From positions 1 to 43,266 of the forward strand of contig CAYZSL010000004.1 of NCBI GenBank assembly GCA_964481125.1: a stretch of DNA of 43,266 nucleotides. Direction: 5' to 3'. This DNA is from an uncultured Candidatus Saccharibacteria bacterium (GTDB lineage: Bacteria; Patescibacteriota; Minisyncoccia; Minisyncoccales; RBG-13-42-11). Positions 1 through 10,662 of the stretch are shown piece by piece. Under the pieces are notes generated by a model that was not told the origin of the DNA, did no database searches, and saw only the letters and a program-made list of their open reading frames with translations. A program made the translations under genes and the position numbers. The number at the start of each line of letters is the position of its first letter. Positions within the stretch are counted from its first letter, which is position 1.

Positions 1-312
<312 letters not shown>

Positions 313-555
313 AAAAAAAAATAAATTCGGGACAACTTCAAATAACTGACTCTTTTAACTGACTTTTTTAATTGACTCTTTTCGTTATTCAATTTTTAAG
401 GTTCTTCCTTCCGGCATTCAGGATATAAAAAACCAGGAAGAGATTCCTGATTCCAACGAATTCTCTTTGTCTGCGGCTTTCCTTAGCCGCAGCAACAATC
501 TGATTTTTTCTTCTTTTTCTTTTTAGCCATATGTTTGTCTTTCTTTCTGTTTCTA

Positions 556-583
556 ATTCTACTTTTTTAAAACTTCTTGTCAA
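556..583 (-). promoter_or_regulatory. Candidate rRNA promoter (TTGACA-16 nt-TAGAAT)
   Basis: Minus strand reads TTGACA (583-578), a 16-nt spacer, then TAGAAT (561-556), about 240 nt upstream of the mature 16S 5' end. A perfect 8-bp hairpin CTGCGGCT/AGCCGCAG lies in the leader at 470-491. Confidence 0.55.
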
Positions 584-606
584 GGGCATTATTCTAAAAA
601 TTCATA

Positions 607-1395
607 CTATGGACTATTTTTATATTCCCAATTTTTAATAAAATGTGAATACTCCTTTTCTAGCTTTAAATAATCTTTCTTTAATAATAGTATTAAATCT
701 ATATTTGGATAGATTTTTCTAAATTTTTTGTCTCTTATTTTTGAATATTTCCAAAGAAAATTTTTGACCTCTATGTAAATATCGTAATCTTGAAGATAAA
801 AATCGGGGGTATAATTTTGTGTTCCTAAATTAAATATTTTTGGTTGGTGTAACCATCTAATACCCAAATAATTAAACAGACGAGCAATATTGGCCTCCCA
901 ACGACTGTAAAAATAAACTGTTTTATCAAGATCTTTGCGAATGCCTGCTTTTCCACGAGCAGCTCTAGGAGAAGTTGGCTTCCCACCAATAACCTCCATA
1001 GCACATTTATTGCTACAAAATTTTCTATTTACCCATGGCTCTCTTAGAAATACTTTTCTGCAACAAGGATTTGCGCATACAGTTCTTACTCTAGATACCT
1101 TTATAATTCCTTTAAACAAATTCCTTCTTCCTTTTAGTGATTTTGCTATTTTTAATTTTGTTTCTTTGGAAGGAGGTCTTCTTTTAGAATTATTATCCTT
1201 AGCAGCGCAACTTTGGCTACAATAAATTTTAGGACTACTTGGAACAACCGTAAAAATTTTCCTACATTCCTTTCTAACACATAATCTTTTCTTTTTCTTA
1301 TAATGAAAATTAAAAAGGCCTTTTCTCCAGTTCTTTTTCGTTATCGCGCTCTGTTTTTCTTTATATTCTTGGTTTTTATAAAAATCATAAACCAT
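607..1395 (-). CDS. NUMOD3/zinc-ribbon PD-(D/E)XK endonuclease (homing-endonuclease-like)
   Basis: 262 aa. Two NUMOD3-like motifs (KQSAITKKNWRKG; SKETKLKIAKSLKGR), two Cys4 repeats (CVRKEC..YCSQSC; CANPCC..FCSNKC), and a C-terminal YTPDF...IYIEVK nuclease core. Confidence 0.6.
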   Translation of the reverse strand: MVYDFYKNQEYKEKQSAITKKNWRKGLFNFHYKKKKRLCVRKECRKIFTVVPSSPKIYCSQSCAAKDNNSKRRPPSKETKLKIAKSLKGRRNLFKGIIKVSRVRTVCANPCCRKVFLREPWVNRKFCSNKCAMEVIGGKPTSPRAARGKAGIRKDLDKTVYFYSRWEANIARLFNYLGIRWLHQPKIFNLGTQNYTPDFYLQDYDIYIEVKNFLWKYSKIRDKKFRKIYPNIDLILLLKKDYLKLEKEYSHFIKNWEYKNSP

Positions 1396-1401
1396 TAATC
1401 T

Positions 1402-1410
1402 ATTATATCA
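1402..1410 (-). promoter_or_regulatory. Extended -10 (TGaTATAAT) 6 nt before the ATG; predicted leaderless
   Basis: Minus strand reads TGATATAAT-AGATTA-ATG, with no SD. Confidence 0.5.
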
Positions 1411-1467
1411 ATAAAAAGAGCCGGGTAAAATAGTCGAGCCTATTAACTACTTTTAAACGTCTATTAT

Positions 1468-1538
1468 AGCCTCCTGTCAGAATCGAACTGACGTCTGCGG
1501 TTTACAAAACCGCTGCTTCACCACTAAGCTAAGGAGGC
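1468..1538 (-). tRNA. tRNA-Thr (anticodon UGU)
   Basis: Folds by hand: acceptor GCCTCCT/AGGAGGC, D stem GCTT/AAGC, anticodon stem GCGGT/ACCGC with loop TTTGTAA, T arm GTCAG-TTCGATT-CTGAC. 71 nt, no encoded CCA. Confidence 0.9.
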
Positions 1539-1572
1539 AAAGTTTTAACAGAACAAGGAAAGCACAAAAACA

Positions 1573-1908
1573 CTATTTCCTAGTGTGGTTCTTTATCTCT
1601 TGCCAGTAGTTATCTTCTTCGTCAAATTTCTTTTTCTGTCCCCTTTCCCTCAGTTTCTGCAGCCAGTTTGAAGTTTTATTGTCCGTTTTTAAGGTCAAAA
1701 CCCTTACCCTGGAAAGTATTTTCTGCAGAAAGATTTCAAAAGAAAAGTTACCAGCAGGAAATAAATCCTTAACCCCTGTCAGCCATTCTTTCCAATTGAA
1801 GGGCGCTGTCTCCGGCAACTGTAAAAGCAAGGGTATTTTCTTTAATATGATCACCGCCAAAACGATTAAGCTTAAAAGAAAAACGATGAAAACGATTATT
1901 GACATCAT
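1573..1908 (-). CDS. Small membrane protein, unknown function
   Basis: 111-aa ORF 5 nt downstream of tsf with an N-terminal hydrophobic helix (IIVFIVFLLSLIVLAVIIL). No recognisable family. Confidence 0.5.
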   Translation of the reverse strand: MMSIIVFIVFLLSLIVLAVIILKKIPLLLQLPETAPFNWKEWLTGVKDLFPAGNFSFEIFLQKILSRVRVLTLKTDNKTSNWLQKLRERGQKKKFDEEDNYWQEIKNHTRK

Positions 1909-1913
1909 AATTT

Positions 1914-2357
1914 TTAAATTTCGTACCTGGTAAAGTTTTTGACAACGATGTTTTCGCCTGTTCTTGCGATGTAATCGTCAATCAAATCCTTTACTACTTT
2001 TGCCTGGTCTTTTACCCAGGGCTGTTCCAGTAAAGGAATCTCCTCCCTGCTGGCAGCGACCTGCAAGCATAATTCGTGAGCCAGATTCTGGAAGTCCTGG
2101 CCCTTGGCGACAAAATCCGTTTCGCAGTTCAGTTCCAATAAAACTCCTATCTTTTTATTGGGATGGATGTAGCTGGCGATAATTCCCTGTTCCGCTCCCC
2201 TGCCTGCTTTTTTACCTGCAAAATCTTTTCCCCATTTTTTCAAAATATCCTTTGCCTTGGACAAATCTCCCTTTGCTTCCTCGAGCGCTTTTTTGCAGTC
2301 GGAAACAGCAGCCGCCGTCTCCTCCCTTAATTGTTTTATCTGGTCGATTGAAACCAT
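1914..2357 (-). CDS. tsf: Elongation factor Ts (very short form, 147 aa)
   Basis: UBA-like N-terminus [29 protein letters not shown] and core [13 protein letters not shown]. Lies immediately downstream of rpsB. Confidence 0.85.
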   Translation of the reverse strand: MVSIDQIKQLREETAAAVSDCKKALEEAKGDLSKAKDILKKWGKDFAGKKAGRGAEQGIIASYIHPNKKIGVLLELNCETDFVAKGQDFQNLAHELCLQVAASREEIPLLEQPWVKDQAKVVKDLIDDYIARTGENIVVKNFTRYEI

Positions 2358-2358
2358 G

Positions 2359-3090
2359 TTATTTCTTGGGTTTGGCTTTTGATTTCTTATCCAGTATCGC
2401 CTTTTTCACTTTTTCCAAAATATACTTTATTGAACTGACGGCATCGTCATTAGCCGGTATGGGATAATCAGCCAAAGTCGGATCGCAATTAGTATCAACT
2501 ACGGCAATGACAGTCACCCCTTTTCTTTTTGACTCTTTTATGGCTAAAGTGTCTTTCTGCATGTCCAGCACAAAAACAGCGTCGGGAATTCTGGTTAATT
2601 CCTTTATTCCTCCCACTTTCGCCTCAAGGGTTCTCAACTCCTTGTCTACCATTGATCTCTCTTTCTTGGTGTATTTTTCCAGCTCTCCTGAAGATTTTTT
2701 CTCTTCCAAATCCTTAAAGTAATCAATTCGTTTTTTAATCGTTTCAAAGTTGGTGAAAGTGCCGCCCAGCCATCTTTCAGAGACAAAAGACAAACCGCAC
2801 TCTTTGGCAACAGACTTTACCATCTCTTTCATCTGGATTTTCGTGCCGACAAGCAGTAATATCTTCTCTTCTGAAATCAGCTGCTGGATGAAGTTCAAAG
2901 CTTCCTTCAATTTTTCAGCTGTTTTTTCCAAATCAAAAACATGAACGGCGTTCCTGGCACCGAATAAATACGGCTTTATCTTCGGGTGGACGCTCGAAGC
3001 TTTATGCCCGAAATGAACTCCGGCCTGAGCCATTTCCTCAACGTCTATGCCGAAATCCGATTGTTTTGTTTTCTTTTTTGTTTCTGTCAT
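2359..3090 (-). CDS. rpsB: 30S ribosomal protein S2
   Basis: [38 protein letters not shown]. Conserved rpsB-tsf synteny. Confidence 0.95.
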   Translation of the reverse strand: MTETKKKTKQSDFGIDVEEMAQAGVHFGHKASSVHPKIKPYLFGARNAVHVFDLEKTAEKLKEALNFIQQLISEEKILLLVGTKIQMKEMVKSVAKECGLSFVSERWLGGTFTNFETIKKRIDYFKDLEEKKSSGELEKYTKKERSMVDKELRTLEAKVGGIKELTRIPDAVFVLDMQKDTLAIKESKRKGVTVIAVVDTNCDPTLADYPIPANDDAVSSIKYILEKVKKAILDKKSKAKPKK

Positions 3091-3192
3091 AAAAAATATT
3101 CACTTTTGAATATAACACGGATAAAAATTAATATCAAGACAAAGGGTTGATTTTTTTTCCAGCCTTGCTAAGATATTAAAGAACAATTAAAA

Positions 3193-3198
3193 TATTAT
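3193..3198 (+). promoter_or_regulatory. -10 box TATTAT 5 nt before the rpmE ATG
   Basis: TATTAT-CACAT-ATG with no SD. An alternative upstream promoter is TTGATT-16-TAAGAT at about 3138-3165. Confidence 0.4.
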
Positions 3199-3203
3199 CA
3201 CAT

Positions 3204-3434
3204 ATGAAAAAAGATATCCATCCCAAATACCACGAGAACGCCCAAGTCCGCTGCGCCTGCGGAAACGTTTTTACCGTTGGCTCGACAAAAGAATTGATTG
3301 AAGTGGAAGTCTGTTCTTCCTGTCATCCCTTTTACACCGGCAAGGAAAAGAGCATGGACGCCATGGGACAGGTTCAGAAATTCAGAAAAAGACTGGCCAG
3401 GAAAGAAGAGCTGAAAGGAAAAAAGAAAAAGTGA
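3204..3434 (+). CDS. rpmE: 50S ribosomal protein L31
   Basis: MKKDIHPKY..., CxC...[11 protein letters not shown] zinc motif. Confidence 0.95.
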   Translation: MKKDIHPKYHENAQVRCACGNVFTVGSTKELIEVEVCSSCHPFYTGKEKSMDAMGQVQKFRKRLARKEELKGKKKK

Positions 3435-3435
3435 A

Positions 3436-4488
3436 ATGTTGGACCTTGAAAAGGTGAAAACAGAATATCAAGAACTCTTAGAGCAGCTCAGCGACCCTGA
3501 GCTAATTTCAAATTGGGATAAATTTGAAGAACTGAACAAAAGAAAAATCTTTCTTGAAAAAATCATTGAAAAAGAAAAAGAAATTGAAGACTTAAAGAAT
3601 AAAATAGAGGAAAACAAATCAATACTGAATTCCCAGGAAGACAGAGAGCTTTTCTCTCTGGCGGAAACAGAAATAGGACAACTAAATGAAAAATTAAAGA
3701 ATATTGAACAGGAAATCCAAAAACTATCAACAGAAGAAACAAAATCTTCAAAAAACGCTGACTTGGCAAAAGCGGCTATCATCGAGATAAGGGCTGGCAC
3801 CGGAGGCGAAGAAGCAGCTCTTTTTGCCGCAGATCTATTCAGAATGTATTCAAGATACGCTCAATTAAAAGGATGGAAACAGAAAGTCCTGGACTCAAGG
3901 CCGAGCGAAATAGGCGGTTTCAAAGAAATAGTTTTTGAAATTAAAGACGGTGAAATATGGCCTGCCATGAAAAACGAGGCAGGCGTTCACCGGGTACAAA
4001 GAATTCCAACCACCGAAAAATCAGGCAGGGTCCACACTTCAACTGCTTCAGTAGCTGTTCTGGCTAAACCGAAAAAAGGAAAAGTGGTCATTAACCCCAA
4101 AGACCTGAAACTCGATACATATAAAGCGTCAGGTCCCGGAGGCCAATACGTCAATAAAAGAGAAACAGCTGTCAGAATCACCCACTTGCCGACAAACACC
4201 GTTGTCACCTCGCAAACAGAAAGAAACCTGCAGCAGAACAAGGACAACGCATTGGCTATTTTGGAAGCGAGAATACTGGAAAAAACAGTCAAAGAAGAAG
4301 AAAAGAAACTGAAAGACGCAAGGAAAACGCAGATAGGCAAAGCGGAAAGATCAGAAAAGATAAGAACCTACAACTTCCCCCAAAACAGGGTGACCGACCA
4401 CAGAATAAAAAAAAGCTTCCATAATATTGAAAAAATCATGGAAGGAAACTTGGACCCGATAATCGACTCTCTAAAAGAAAACCTCTAA
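3436..4488 (+). CDS. prfA: Peptide chain release factor 1
   Basis: GGQ motif SGPGGQYVNK and an RF1-type recognition region RIPTTEKSGRVHTS. Start is 1 nt after the rpmE stop. Confidence 0.9.
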   Translation: MLDLEKVKTEYQELLEQLSDPELISNWDKFEELNKRKIFLEKIIEKEKEIEDLKNKIEENKSILNSQEDRELFSLAETEIGQLNEKLKNIEQEIQKLSTEETKSSKNADLAKAAIIEIRAGTGGEEAALFAADLFRMYSRYAQLKGWKQKVLDSRPSEIGGFKEIVFEIKDGEIWPAMKNEAGVHRVQRIPTTEKSGRVHTSTASVAVLAKPKKGKVVINPKDLKLDTYKASGPGGQYVNKRETAVRITHLPTNTVVTSQTERNLQQNKDNALAILEARILEKTVKEEEKKLKDARKTQIGKAERSEKIRTYNFPQNRVTDHRIKKSFHNIEKIMEGNLDPIIDSLKENL

Positions 4489-5850
4489 TTATTTGCTTGC
4501 TTCAAGTATTTTAATATCGTCTGCAAAGCCGTCAGCTATCTTTAACACGCTGTTAGCGTAAAAAGAGTATTTAGAATTAAGCGAACCTGCAAAATAGTAC
4601 ATGGCTGCTGCCCATTCAGCATCCCTGGTTTGTTTTGCCGCTCCGTATCTTACAAGATAAAGTCCGGAAGCCAGGAAAGCGTCCTGGATATTCCAGGGAT
4701 TGGCAGGTCTGCCGAGAATCTTTGCTAAATCGCTCTTGTAAATCATCCAAGTTGTCGGGATAAACTGGGCAGGCCCCATTGCTCCTCCATATCCAAAGCT
4801 CATCGGGCAGGAAACCGGAGTTTTATAAGGATCCATTCCTAGTTCTTTGGTTATTGTCAGAAAGGCTTCAACATCTCCTTTTCTGCCGGAAAGTCCCATC
4901 GGCTTCATAACGCTCTTGATCGAAACTCCGCTATTGATATTAACCCCGGCTCCCGTCGAAGCATTGGACAAATAGCATTGCCCAACATTCTTGCCGATGG
5001 CTGATTCCTGCTGCAAAACTGCCAGTAAAAATGCCGGCCTGACGCCTGTCAAACCTTCAACCCATTTGGCTATTGAATAGGCTTCTCCGAAAGTAGGAGC
5101 TTTGGTTATGCCTACCACTTCAAAAATCCTGGCTCTGATTTCAGCTGCTTTTGCCTCTGTCGCCTGCTTTTCTTTCAGATACTGCTGGTATTGGGTTTCT
5201 GTCAGCTGCAAAAAATACTCCTGCTGTTTTTGCACATTCTGGCTTTCCTGTTTTTGCAGAGTCTGCATTTTAAGGGTGCTTTCCAAATCGCCTTTTTCAG
5301 TATCCAAGGATTCTTTTTGGCCCTCCAAAGAAGTTTTCAAACCTTTAATCTCCTGCAGAAAGTCATGGCTTTTTTCATCCAAAGTTTCCAGGGCCATCAG
5401 ATTTTCGAAAAACTCTGATATGTCAACGCCTGAAAGCAAAATCTCAACAAGCGAGGTCTGGTCTTCCTCATAAATGATCTGCAAGATAGCTGCTAATTGA
5501 TTCCTCATGTTTCCGATTTGCGAAGACGTCTGATATATCGAGCCTTCGGTATCTTTTATCTGATAGCTGATGTCTTTTATCATGACGCTGCTTTGCTGTA
5601 TCTGCAAATCTATTTTCTTAACTTTTGATTTTAAAGTGCTGATTTGATTTTGGAGATTTTTTTTCTCCTGTTCTGTTTTTCCGATAACCTGCTCCAATTT
5701 TGCAATCTCGTCCTCATACTGCTGTAGCAAAGCCTCGCATTCTTCTTTGGTTTTGCAATCTTCCTGGGCAGAAACATATAAGCTGGGCGACATTAAACCA
5801 AAAACCAAACAAATCAATAAAATTGGCTTTAACAAATTGGAGATTTTCAT
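4489..5850 (-). CDS. Secreted coiled-coil peptidoglycan lytic transglycosylase (MltB/SLT_2-like C-terminal domain)
   Basis: Signal peptide, about 230 aa of heptad-rich coiled coil, and a C-terminal LLAVLQQES...GGAMGPAQFIPTTW. ATGA overlap with the rplY stop. Confidence 0.7.
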   Translation of the reverse strand: MKISNLLKPILLICLVFGLMSPSLYVSAQEDCKTKEECEALLQQYEDEIAKLEQVIGKTEQEKKNLQNQISTLKSKVKKIDLQIQQSSVMIKDISYQIKDTEGSIYQTSSQIGNMRNQLAAILQIIYEEDQTSLVEILLSGVDISEFFENLMALETLDEKSHDFLQEIKGLKTSLEGQKESLDTEKGDLESTLKMQTLQKQESQNVQKQQEYFLQLTETQYQQYLKEKQATEAKAAEIRARIFEVVGITKAPTFGEAYSIAKWVEGLTGVRPAFLLAVLQQESAIGKNVGQCYLSNASTGAGVNINSGVSIKSVMKPMGLSGRKGDVEAFLTITKELGMDPYKTPVSCPMSFGYGGAMGPAQFIPTTWMIYKSDLAKILGRPANPWNIQDAFLASGLYLVRYGAAKQTRDAEWAAAMYYFAGSLNSKYSFYANSVLKIADGFADDIKILEASK

Positions 5851-6539
5851 TTTCCCTCAGGTTTTTCCTCTTTTTTTTCTTCTTTTTCTTGAGGCTCTTC
5901 TTCAGCAGCTTCTGGTTCTTTTTCGCCCTCAACTGGCACTTCTTCTGCTGCTTTTTCTTCTTCTAGAGGCTTGGCTAATTCTTCTTCCACTTTTTCTGGT
6001 TCAGCAACAAAAATAACTGTTTCTCCCGGATCCTTGAGAATCTTCACCTCTTTCGGCACAAGCAAATCCTTAACCAGAATATTGTCTTCAAACGTTTTCA
6101 GTTTGCCGATATCAACCTTAATTTCATGGGGAAGATTCTGGGGCAGAGCTTTCACTTCCAACTCATGGATATTTTTAACTAAAGTGCCTCCAAGATTCTT
6201 TATCGCTTCCGATTCCCCTTCAAAAACCAAAGGAATGTGGGCGGTAATTTCCTCGTCCAGTCTCGGCTGGTAAAAATCAATATGAAGCGGCTTTCGAGAA
6301 AGGCAATCAATTTCAACGGCATTAATCAAAACCAAAAACTTTTCCTGACCGACCGAAAGCTGCAGCAAAGAGCTTTCGCCAGATGCTTTGTAAGCTTTTT
6401 CAAATTCCCTCAAATCAACCTCTAATGAGGCGTTCTTTATTTTGGGGCCGTATAAAACCGCGGGAATAATCCCTTTTTGCCTTATCTTTTTTACTTTTTT
6501 GCCAAAATCTTTCCTGACTTTGGCCGAAAGATTAATCAT
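5847..6539 (-). CDS. rplY: 50S ribosomal protein L25/Ctc with acidic C-terminal tail
   Basis: RQKGIIPAVLYGPK..., HIDFYQ, and an E/K-rich tail. Start is placed at MINLSAK (6539) because the 14 upstream codons of the ORF lie inside fba. Confidence 0.8.
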   Translation of the reverse strand: MINLSAKVRKDFGKKVKKIRQKGIIPAVLYGPKIKNASLEVDLREFEKAYKASGESSLLQLSVGQEKFLVLINAVEIDCLSRKPLHIDFYQPRLDEEITAHIPLVFEGESEAIKNLGGTLVKNIHELEVKALPQNLPHEIKVDIGKLKTFEDNILVKDLLVPKEVKILKDPGETVIFVAEPEKVEEELAKPLEEEKAAEEVPVEGEKEPEAAEEEPQEKEEKKEEKPEGK

Positions 6540-7308
6540 GTATTTTATTATTCGAACCGAATAAATTAATTTTCTTCTCAACTACCCGCTGAACAGCTTT
6601 CAAACCTTTTGTCTTATAAGCTATTTGCAGTTCGGTATTGATATTAATTTTGACAACGCCTGATTTAACAGCGGCTTTAATATCTTTATCCGGAGTACCA
6701 GATCCCCCGTGAAGCACTAAAGGCATTTTGCCTGTTTTCTTTTTTATCTCTCTTAATCTTTTTAAAGATATCGGCGGATTTTTCTTTCCTAGTTTAACTA
6801 TGCCGTGAATGGTGCCGACGCTGACCGCCAAAGTATCTACGCCGGTTTCTTTGATGAATCTTTTAGCGTCTTTGGGCTCAGTCAACTCTCCGCCGATTAC
6901 GCCGACCTCTCCCTCAACCAAAACATTCTTTTTATTGGCGTATCTGACAACTTGCCTGGCAATGCTGATATTTTTTAAAAGAGGTAAATCAGAACCGTCA
7001 AAATGCACTGCGTCATATCCTGCATCTATCGCCTTTTTAATATATATGAAAGATTTGCCGTGGTCAAGATTTAAAAAAACAGGAAAGCTGTTTTCTTCTC
7101 TCAGCTTTCTGACCAAGGAAATCGCCTTTTTCAATCCCAGGCGCTTGCTCCTTCTTTCCGACATCCCGATAATCACCGGACTTTTCAGCTTTTTCGCTGC
7201 CTGGAAAATCGGTATTAACATTTTAAAATCGGAAATGTTGAAATGGCCGATAGCCCATTTCCCTTTCTGGGCTTTATTAAATAATTTTTCCAATTGGCTT
7301 ACAGGCAT
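6532..7308 (-). CDS. fba: Class II fructose/tagatose-bisphosphate aldolase family protein
   Basis: HFNISD, SPVIIGMSE, LDHGKS, HFDGS, VLHGGSG. 258 aa, a short form. Confidence 0.85.
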   Translation of the reverse strand: MPVSQLEKLFNKAQKGKWAIGHFNISDFKMLIPIFQAAKKLKSPVIIGMSERRSKRLGLKKAISLVRKLREENSFPVFLNLDHGKSFIYIKKAIDAGYDAVHFDGSDLPLLKNISIARQVVRYANKKNVLVEGEVGVIGGELTEPKDAKRFIKETGVDTLAVSVGTIHGIVKLGKKNPPISLKRLREIKKKTGKMPLVLHGGSGTPDKDIKAAVKSGVVKININTELQIAYKTKGLKAVQRVVEKKINLFGSNNKIHD

Positions 7309-8282
7309 TTTCCTTTTTGCACTTTTACCTTTTCAAATTTTTGATTGACAGCTAGTAAACCGTTTTTCGCCCCCAATTCCTTTAAACAAGCAGATGAATT
7401 AGCAACCCCCAATTGAATTGCCTGGACAATATCCCCTTTTTTCTTGATTAAGCCTGAAATGAAGCCTGAAGCAAAAGCATCGCCTGCTCCGGTTCGGTCG
7501 ATTGTCTTAACCTTCAAAGAGCTTGCTTTATAAAGGCATTTTCCGTCAGAAACCAATACTCCCAATGGCCCTTTGGTCATTACGGCGATTCCTGGACAAA
7601 GATCGTCAATCTTCCTGAAAATATCTTTTTCCCTGTTAAAAGGAATTTTAGACAAAAAACAAGCTTCTTCCTGGTTCAAAATCAAAACATCTACTTTATT
7701 CAGAATCCTGGTCAAAGTTTTTCTGGGCAGAGAAAGCTGGGTATGGCCGGGGTTCAAAGCGATTTTAATTTTGTTTTTCCAGGCAAAGTTCACTAATTTT
7801 TCAAAAACATTGCAAAGCTTTCCGGAAAGAGGAGCTAAATACAGCCACTTTGCCTTGATTTTCGGCCAAGGAATGTCTTTAACAGCCAATTCGCTGGAAG
7901 CTCCGCAATAAACCAAAATAGTTCTTTCCTGGTTGTTGGAAGAAAGAACGACAGAATGGTTGGTCGGCTTCTTGTTGGTTCTTTTAATCAATTGGGTGAT
8001 AACGCCGTTCTTTGCCAATTCTTTAATCATTTCCTGTCCGCTAGAATCTGCGCCAACCATGCCACAAAAAGCAGTTTTAAATCCCTGTTTGGCAAAAGCA
8101 ACAGCCGTATTAGTCCCCCCTCCGCCGCTCAGAAAATTAATGTCTTTGACCTGGATCTTGGAACCCAAGGAAAGGCAAATCCCTTTGCCAGTGATGAATC
8201 TCTTTTCCTCGACTATCTTAAAGCTTTTGGGCTGCAAAAAAATGTCTTGAGTGGCTGAACCAAAAGTAATTATGTCAAACAT
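7299..8282 (-). CDS. PfkB-family carbohydrate kinase
   Basis: GGGGTNTA and DRTGAGDAFASGF signatures. Overlaps ppsA by 8 nt and fba by 10 nt. Confidence 0.8.
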   Translation of the reverse strand: MFDIITFGSATQDIFLQPKSFKIVEEKRFITGKGICLSLGSKIQVKDINFLSGGGGTNTAVAFAKQGFKTAFCGMVGADSSGQEMIKELAKNGVITQLIKRTNKKPTNHSVVLSSNNQERTILVYCGASSELAVKDIPWPKIKAKWLYLAPLSGKLCNVFEKLVNFAWKNKIKIALNPGHTQLSLPRKTLTRILNKVDVLILNQEEACFLSKIPFNREKDIFRKIDDLCPGIAVMTKGPLGVLVSDGKCLYKASSLKVKTIDRTGAGDAFASGFISGLIKKKGDIVQAIQLGVANSSACLKELGAKNGLLAVNQKFEKVKVQKGKCL

Positions 8283-10662
8283 GTTTTTCTTTTTTAGCGA
8301 CGATTAAAGTTGTTTTAATGACCGTATCAGGATTCAATGACATTGATTCTATTCCCTGGTCAACCAGGAATTCGGCAAATTCCGGAAAATAGCTTGGCGC
8401 TTCCCCGCATATTCCGCAGTATTTTTTCCTTTTTTTACAAACAGCAATTACCGTTTTTAACATCTCTTTTACAGCTTCGTTTCTTTCATCGCCCACAAAA
8501 GAAATCAAAGCAGAATCCCTGTCCAATCCCAAAACCAGCTGGGTTAAATCATTGCTGCCTATGCTCATTCCGTCAAAAACATCCAGAAACTTATCAGCTA
8601 AAATAACATTGGAAGGAATCTCGCACATAACGTAAACTTCCAAACCGTCCTTTTTCCTTTCCAAACCGAATCTTTTCATCAATGATATGACTTTCTTGCC
8701 TTCTTCCACCGTCCGGCAGAAAGGAACCATCACCTTAACATTTTTCAAACCGAATTTTTCTCTGACTCTTTTTATCGCCTGGCATTCCATCTGGAAAGCC
8801 GGCAAGAAACCTTGATCATAATATCTAGAGGCTCCCCTCCAGCCGATCATCGGATTAGATTCTTCAGGTTCAAAAACATCCCCTCCCAGCAATTGGGCGT
8901 ATTCGTTAGATTTGAAATCGGAAAACCTGACGATTACGGGCTTGGGATACATACCAGAGGCAATCTTGCCGATTCCTTGGGAAAGTTTGTCAATAAAATA
9001 TTCTTTCTTGTCAGAATATCCAACAGTCAATTTATCGATTTTCCTTTTTAATCCTAAATTCTTCAATTTGTTGAAGTTATAGAGGGCTAAAGGATGAATT
9101 TTAATTTGGGAAGCAATAATGAATTCTTCCCTGGCCAGCCCCACTCCAGAGCTCGGCAAAAATGAATTCAAAAACGCAATATCGGGATGGCTAGTGTTAA
9201 TCATTATCTTAGTCCTAGTTTTCGGAATTTTCTTCAAATTATATTTTCTGATTTCAAATTTCAGCTGGCCTTCAAAAATCCTGGCTGTCTGACCCAAAGA
9301 ACAGTCAACCGTAATCATTCTGCCTGTTTTTAAAACCTTAGTCGCTTTATCAGCGCCAACAATGCAAGGAATACCCAATTCGCGGGAAACGATTGCTGCA
9401 TGGCAGGTCCTCCCGCCCTGTTCGGTAATAATTGCTTTTGCCTGCTTCATAATGCTCGTCCAGTCAGGATCTGTCATTTCAGTCACTAGGATTTCTCCGG
9501 GCCTAAAATTCTTTATTTGGGCAATGTTGGGAATAACTTTTGCTTTTCCGGAAGCGATTTTAGAGCCAATCGCCTCCCCTTCCAAAAGCAATTTCCCTTT
9601 TTGTTTTAAAAAGTATTGATTGTAGCTTTGGCCAATTTTTGAAGCATGAATTGTTTCCGGCCTTGCCTGAACAATGAACAATTCTCCTGTTTTCCCGTCT
9701 TTCGCCCATTCAATATCCATGGGAAATCCGTAATGATCTTCGATCTGGCAAGCCCATTTGGCAATCTGCAAAACTTCTTTATCGCTTAAAACAAACATAT
9801 TTTGCCGACTTTTAGAAACCGCCATTTCTTCTGTTGACTTACTCCCCTTGTTGGCATAAATAAGCTTTCTTCTTTTCGTGCCTAAAACTCTTGAGATAAT
9901 CGGCGAAAACCCTTTTTTCAGGGTCGGCTTGTGCACTAAAAATTCGTCAGGCACCACTCTTCCCTTTACCACCATTTCTCCCAATCCCCAGGAGCCGTTA
10001 ATTAAAACAACGTCTCTGAACCCGGTTTCCGTGTCTAAAGTAAAAATTACTCCGGCTGAACTTACGTCTGACCTGACCATTTTCATCACGCCGACTGACA
10101 AAGCAACTTTAAAGTGGTTGAATCCTTTTTCCGCCCTATAGGAAATCGCTCTGTCCAAAAATAAAGAAACAATGCAATTTTTAACTGCTATCAGCACTTC
10201 TTTCTCTCCTCTCACGTTTAAATACGTTTCGTGCTGACCGGCAAAAGAGGCTGTGGGCAGATCTTCAGCAGTGGCTGAACTTCTGGCAGCTATGCTCAGA
10301 TTAGTTGTCTTACATTTTTGAGATAAAATCCTGTATGCTTTTAATATTTCTTCTTTCAAATCTCCGGGAAATTCAGCTCTAATAATAAGGTTTCTGGCTT
10401 CTTTGCCTGCTTTCTGCAGTTTCCCGATATTTCTCGCATCCAGATTCTTAAAAATCTTTTTTAATTTCGGCAAAAGCTTATTGGCCTCCAAAAAATACCA
10501 ATAAGCTGAACTGGTCGTGGCAAAACCGTCGGGAACCCTAATCCCCTTTTTATTCAATTGGGAAAACATCTCTCCCAAAGAAGCATTTTTCCCGCCGACC
10601 AAAATAACGTCTTTTTTGGAAATTTCTTTGAACCAAAGAATGTATTTTTTTTGTTCAGCCAT
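8275..10662 (-). CDS. ppsA: Phosphoenolpyruvate synthase
   Basis: 795 aa with the phosphohistidine motif GGRTCHAAIVSRELGIPCIVG and N-terminal ATP-grasp-like region GGKNASLGEM. Confidence 0.9.
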   Translation of the reverse strand: MAEQKKYILWFKEISKKDVILVGGKNASLGEMFSQLNKKGIRVPDGFATTSSAYWYFLEANKLLPKLKKIFKNLDARNIGKLQKAGKEARNLIIRAEFPGDLKEEILKAYRILSQKCKTTNLSIAARSSATAEDLPTASFAGQHETYLNVRGEKEVLIAVKNCIVSLFLDRAISYRAEKGFNHFKVALSVGVMKMVRSDVSSAGVIFTLDTETGFRDVVLINGSWGLGEMVVKGRVVPDEFLVHKPTLKKGFSPIISRVLGTKRRKLIYANKGSKSTEEMAVSKSRQNMFVLSDKEVLQIAKWACQIEDHYGFPMDIEWAKDGKTGELFIVQARPETIHASKIGQSYNQYFLKQKGKLLLEGEAIGSKIASGKAKVIPNIAQIKNFRPGEILVTEMTDPDWTSIMKQAKAIITEQGGRTCHAAIVSRELGIPCIVGADKATKVLKTGRMITVDCSLGQTARIFEGQLKFEIRKYNLKKIPKTRTKIMINTSHPDIAFLNSFLPSSGVGLAREEFIIASQIKIHPLALYNFNKLKNLGLKRKIDKLTVGYSDKKEYFIDKLSQGIGKIASGMYPKPVIVRFSDFKSNEYAQLLGGDVFEPEESNPMIGWRGASRYYDQGFLPAFQMECQAIKRVREKFGLKNVKVMVPFCRTVEEGKKVISLMKRFGLERKKDGLEVYVMCEIPSNVILADKFLDVFDGMSIGSNDLTQLVLGLDRDSALISFVGDERNEAVKEMLKTVIAVCKKRKKYCGICGEAPSYFPEFAEFLVDQGIESMSLNPDTVIKTTLIVAKKEKHV

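Noticed and set aside
5847-5990. A stretch of ttcttc/tttttc periodicity that looks like a simple-sequence repeat.
   Set aside because: It is the reverse complement of the GAA/AAG-rich codons for the acidic E/K tail of L25/Ctc. It is coding low complexity, not a repeat element.
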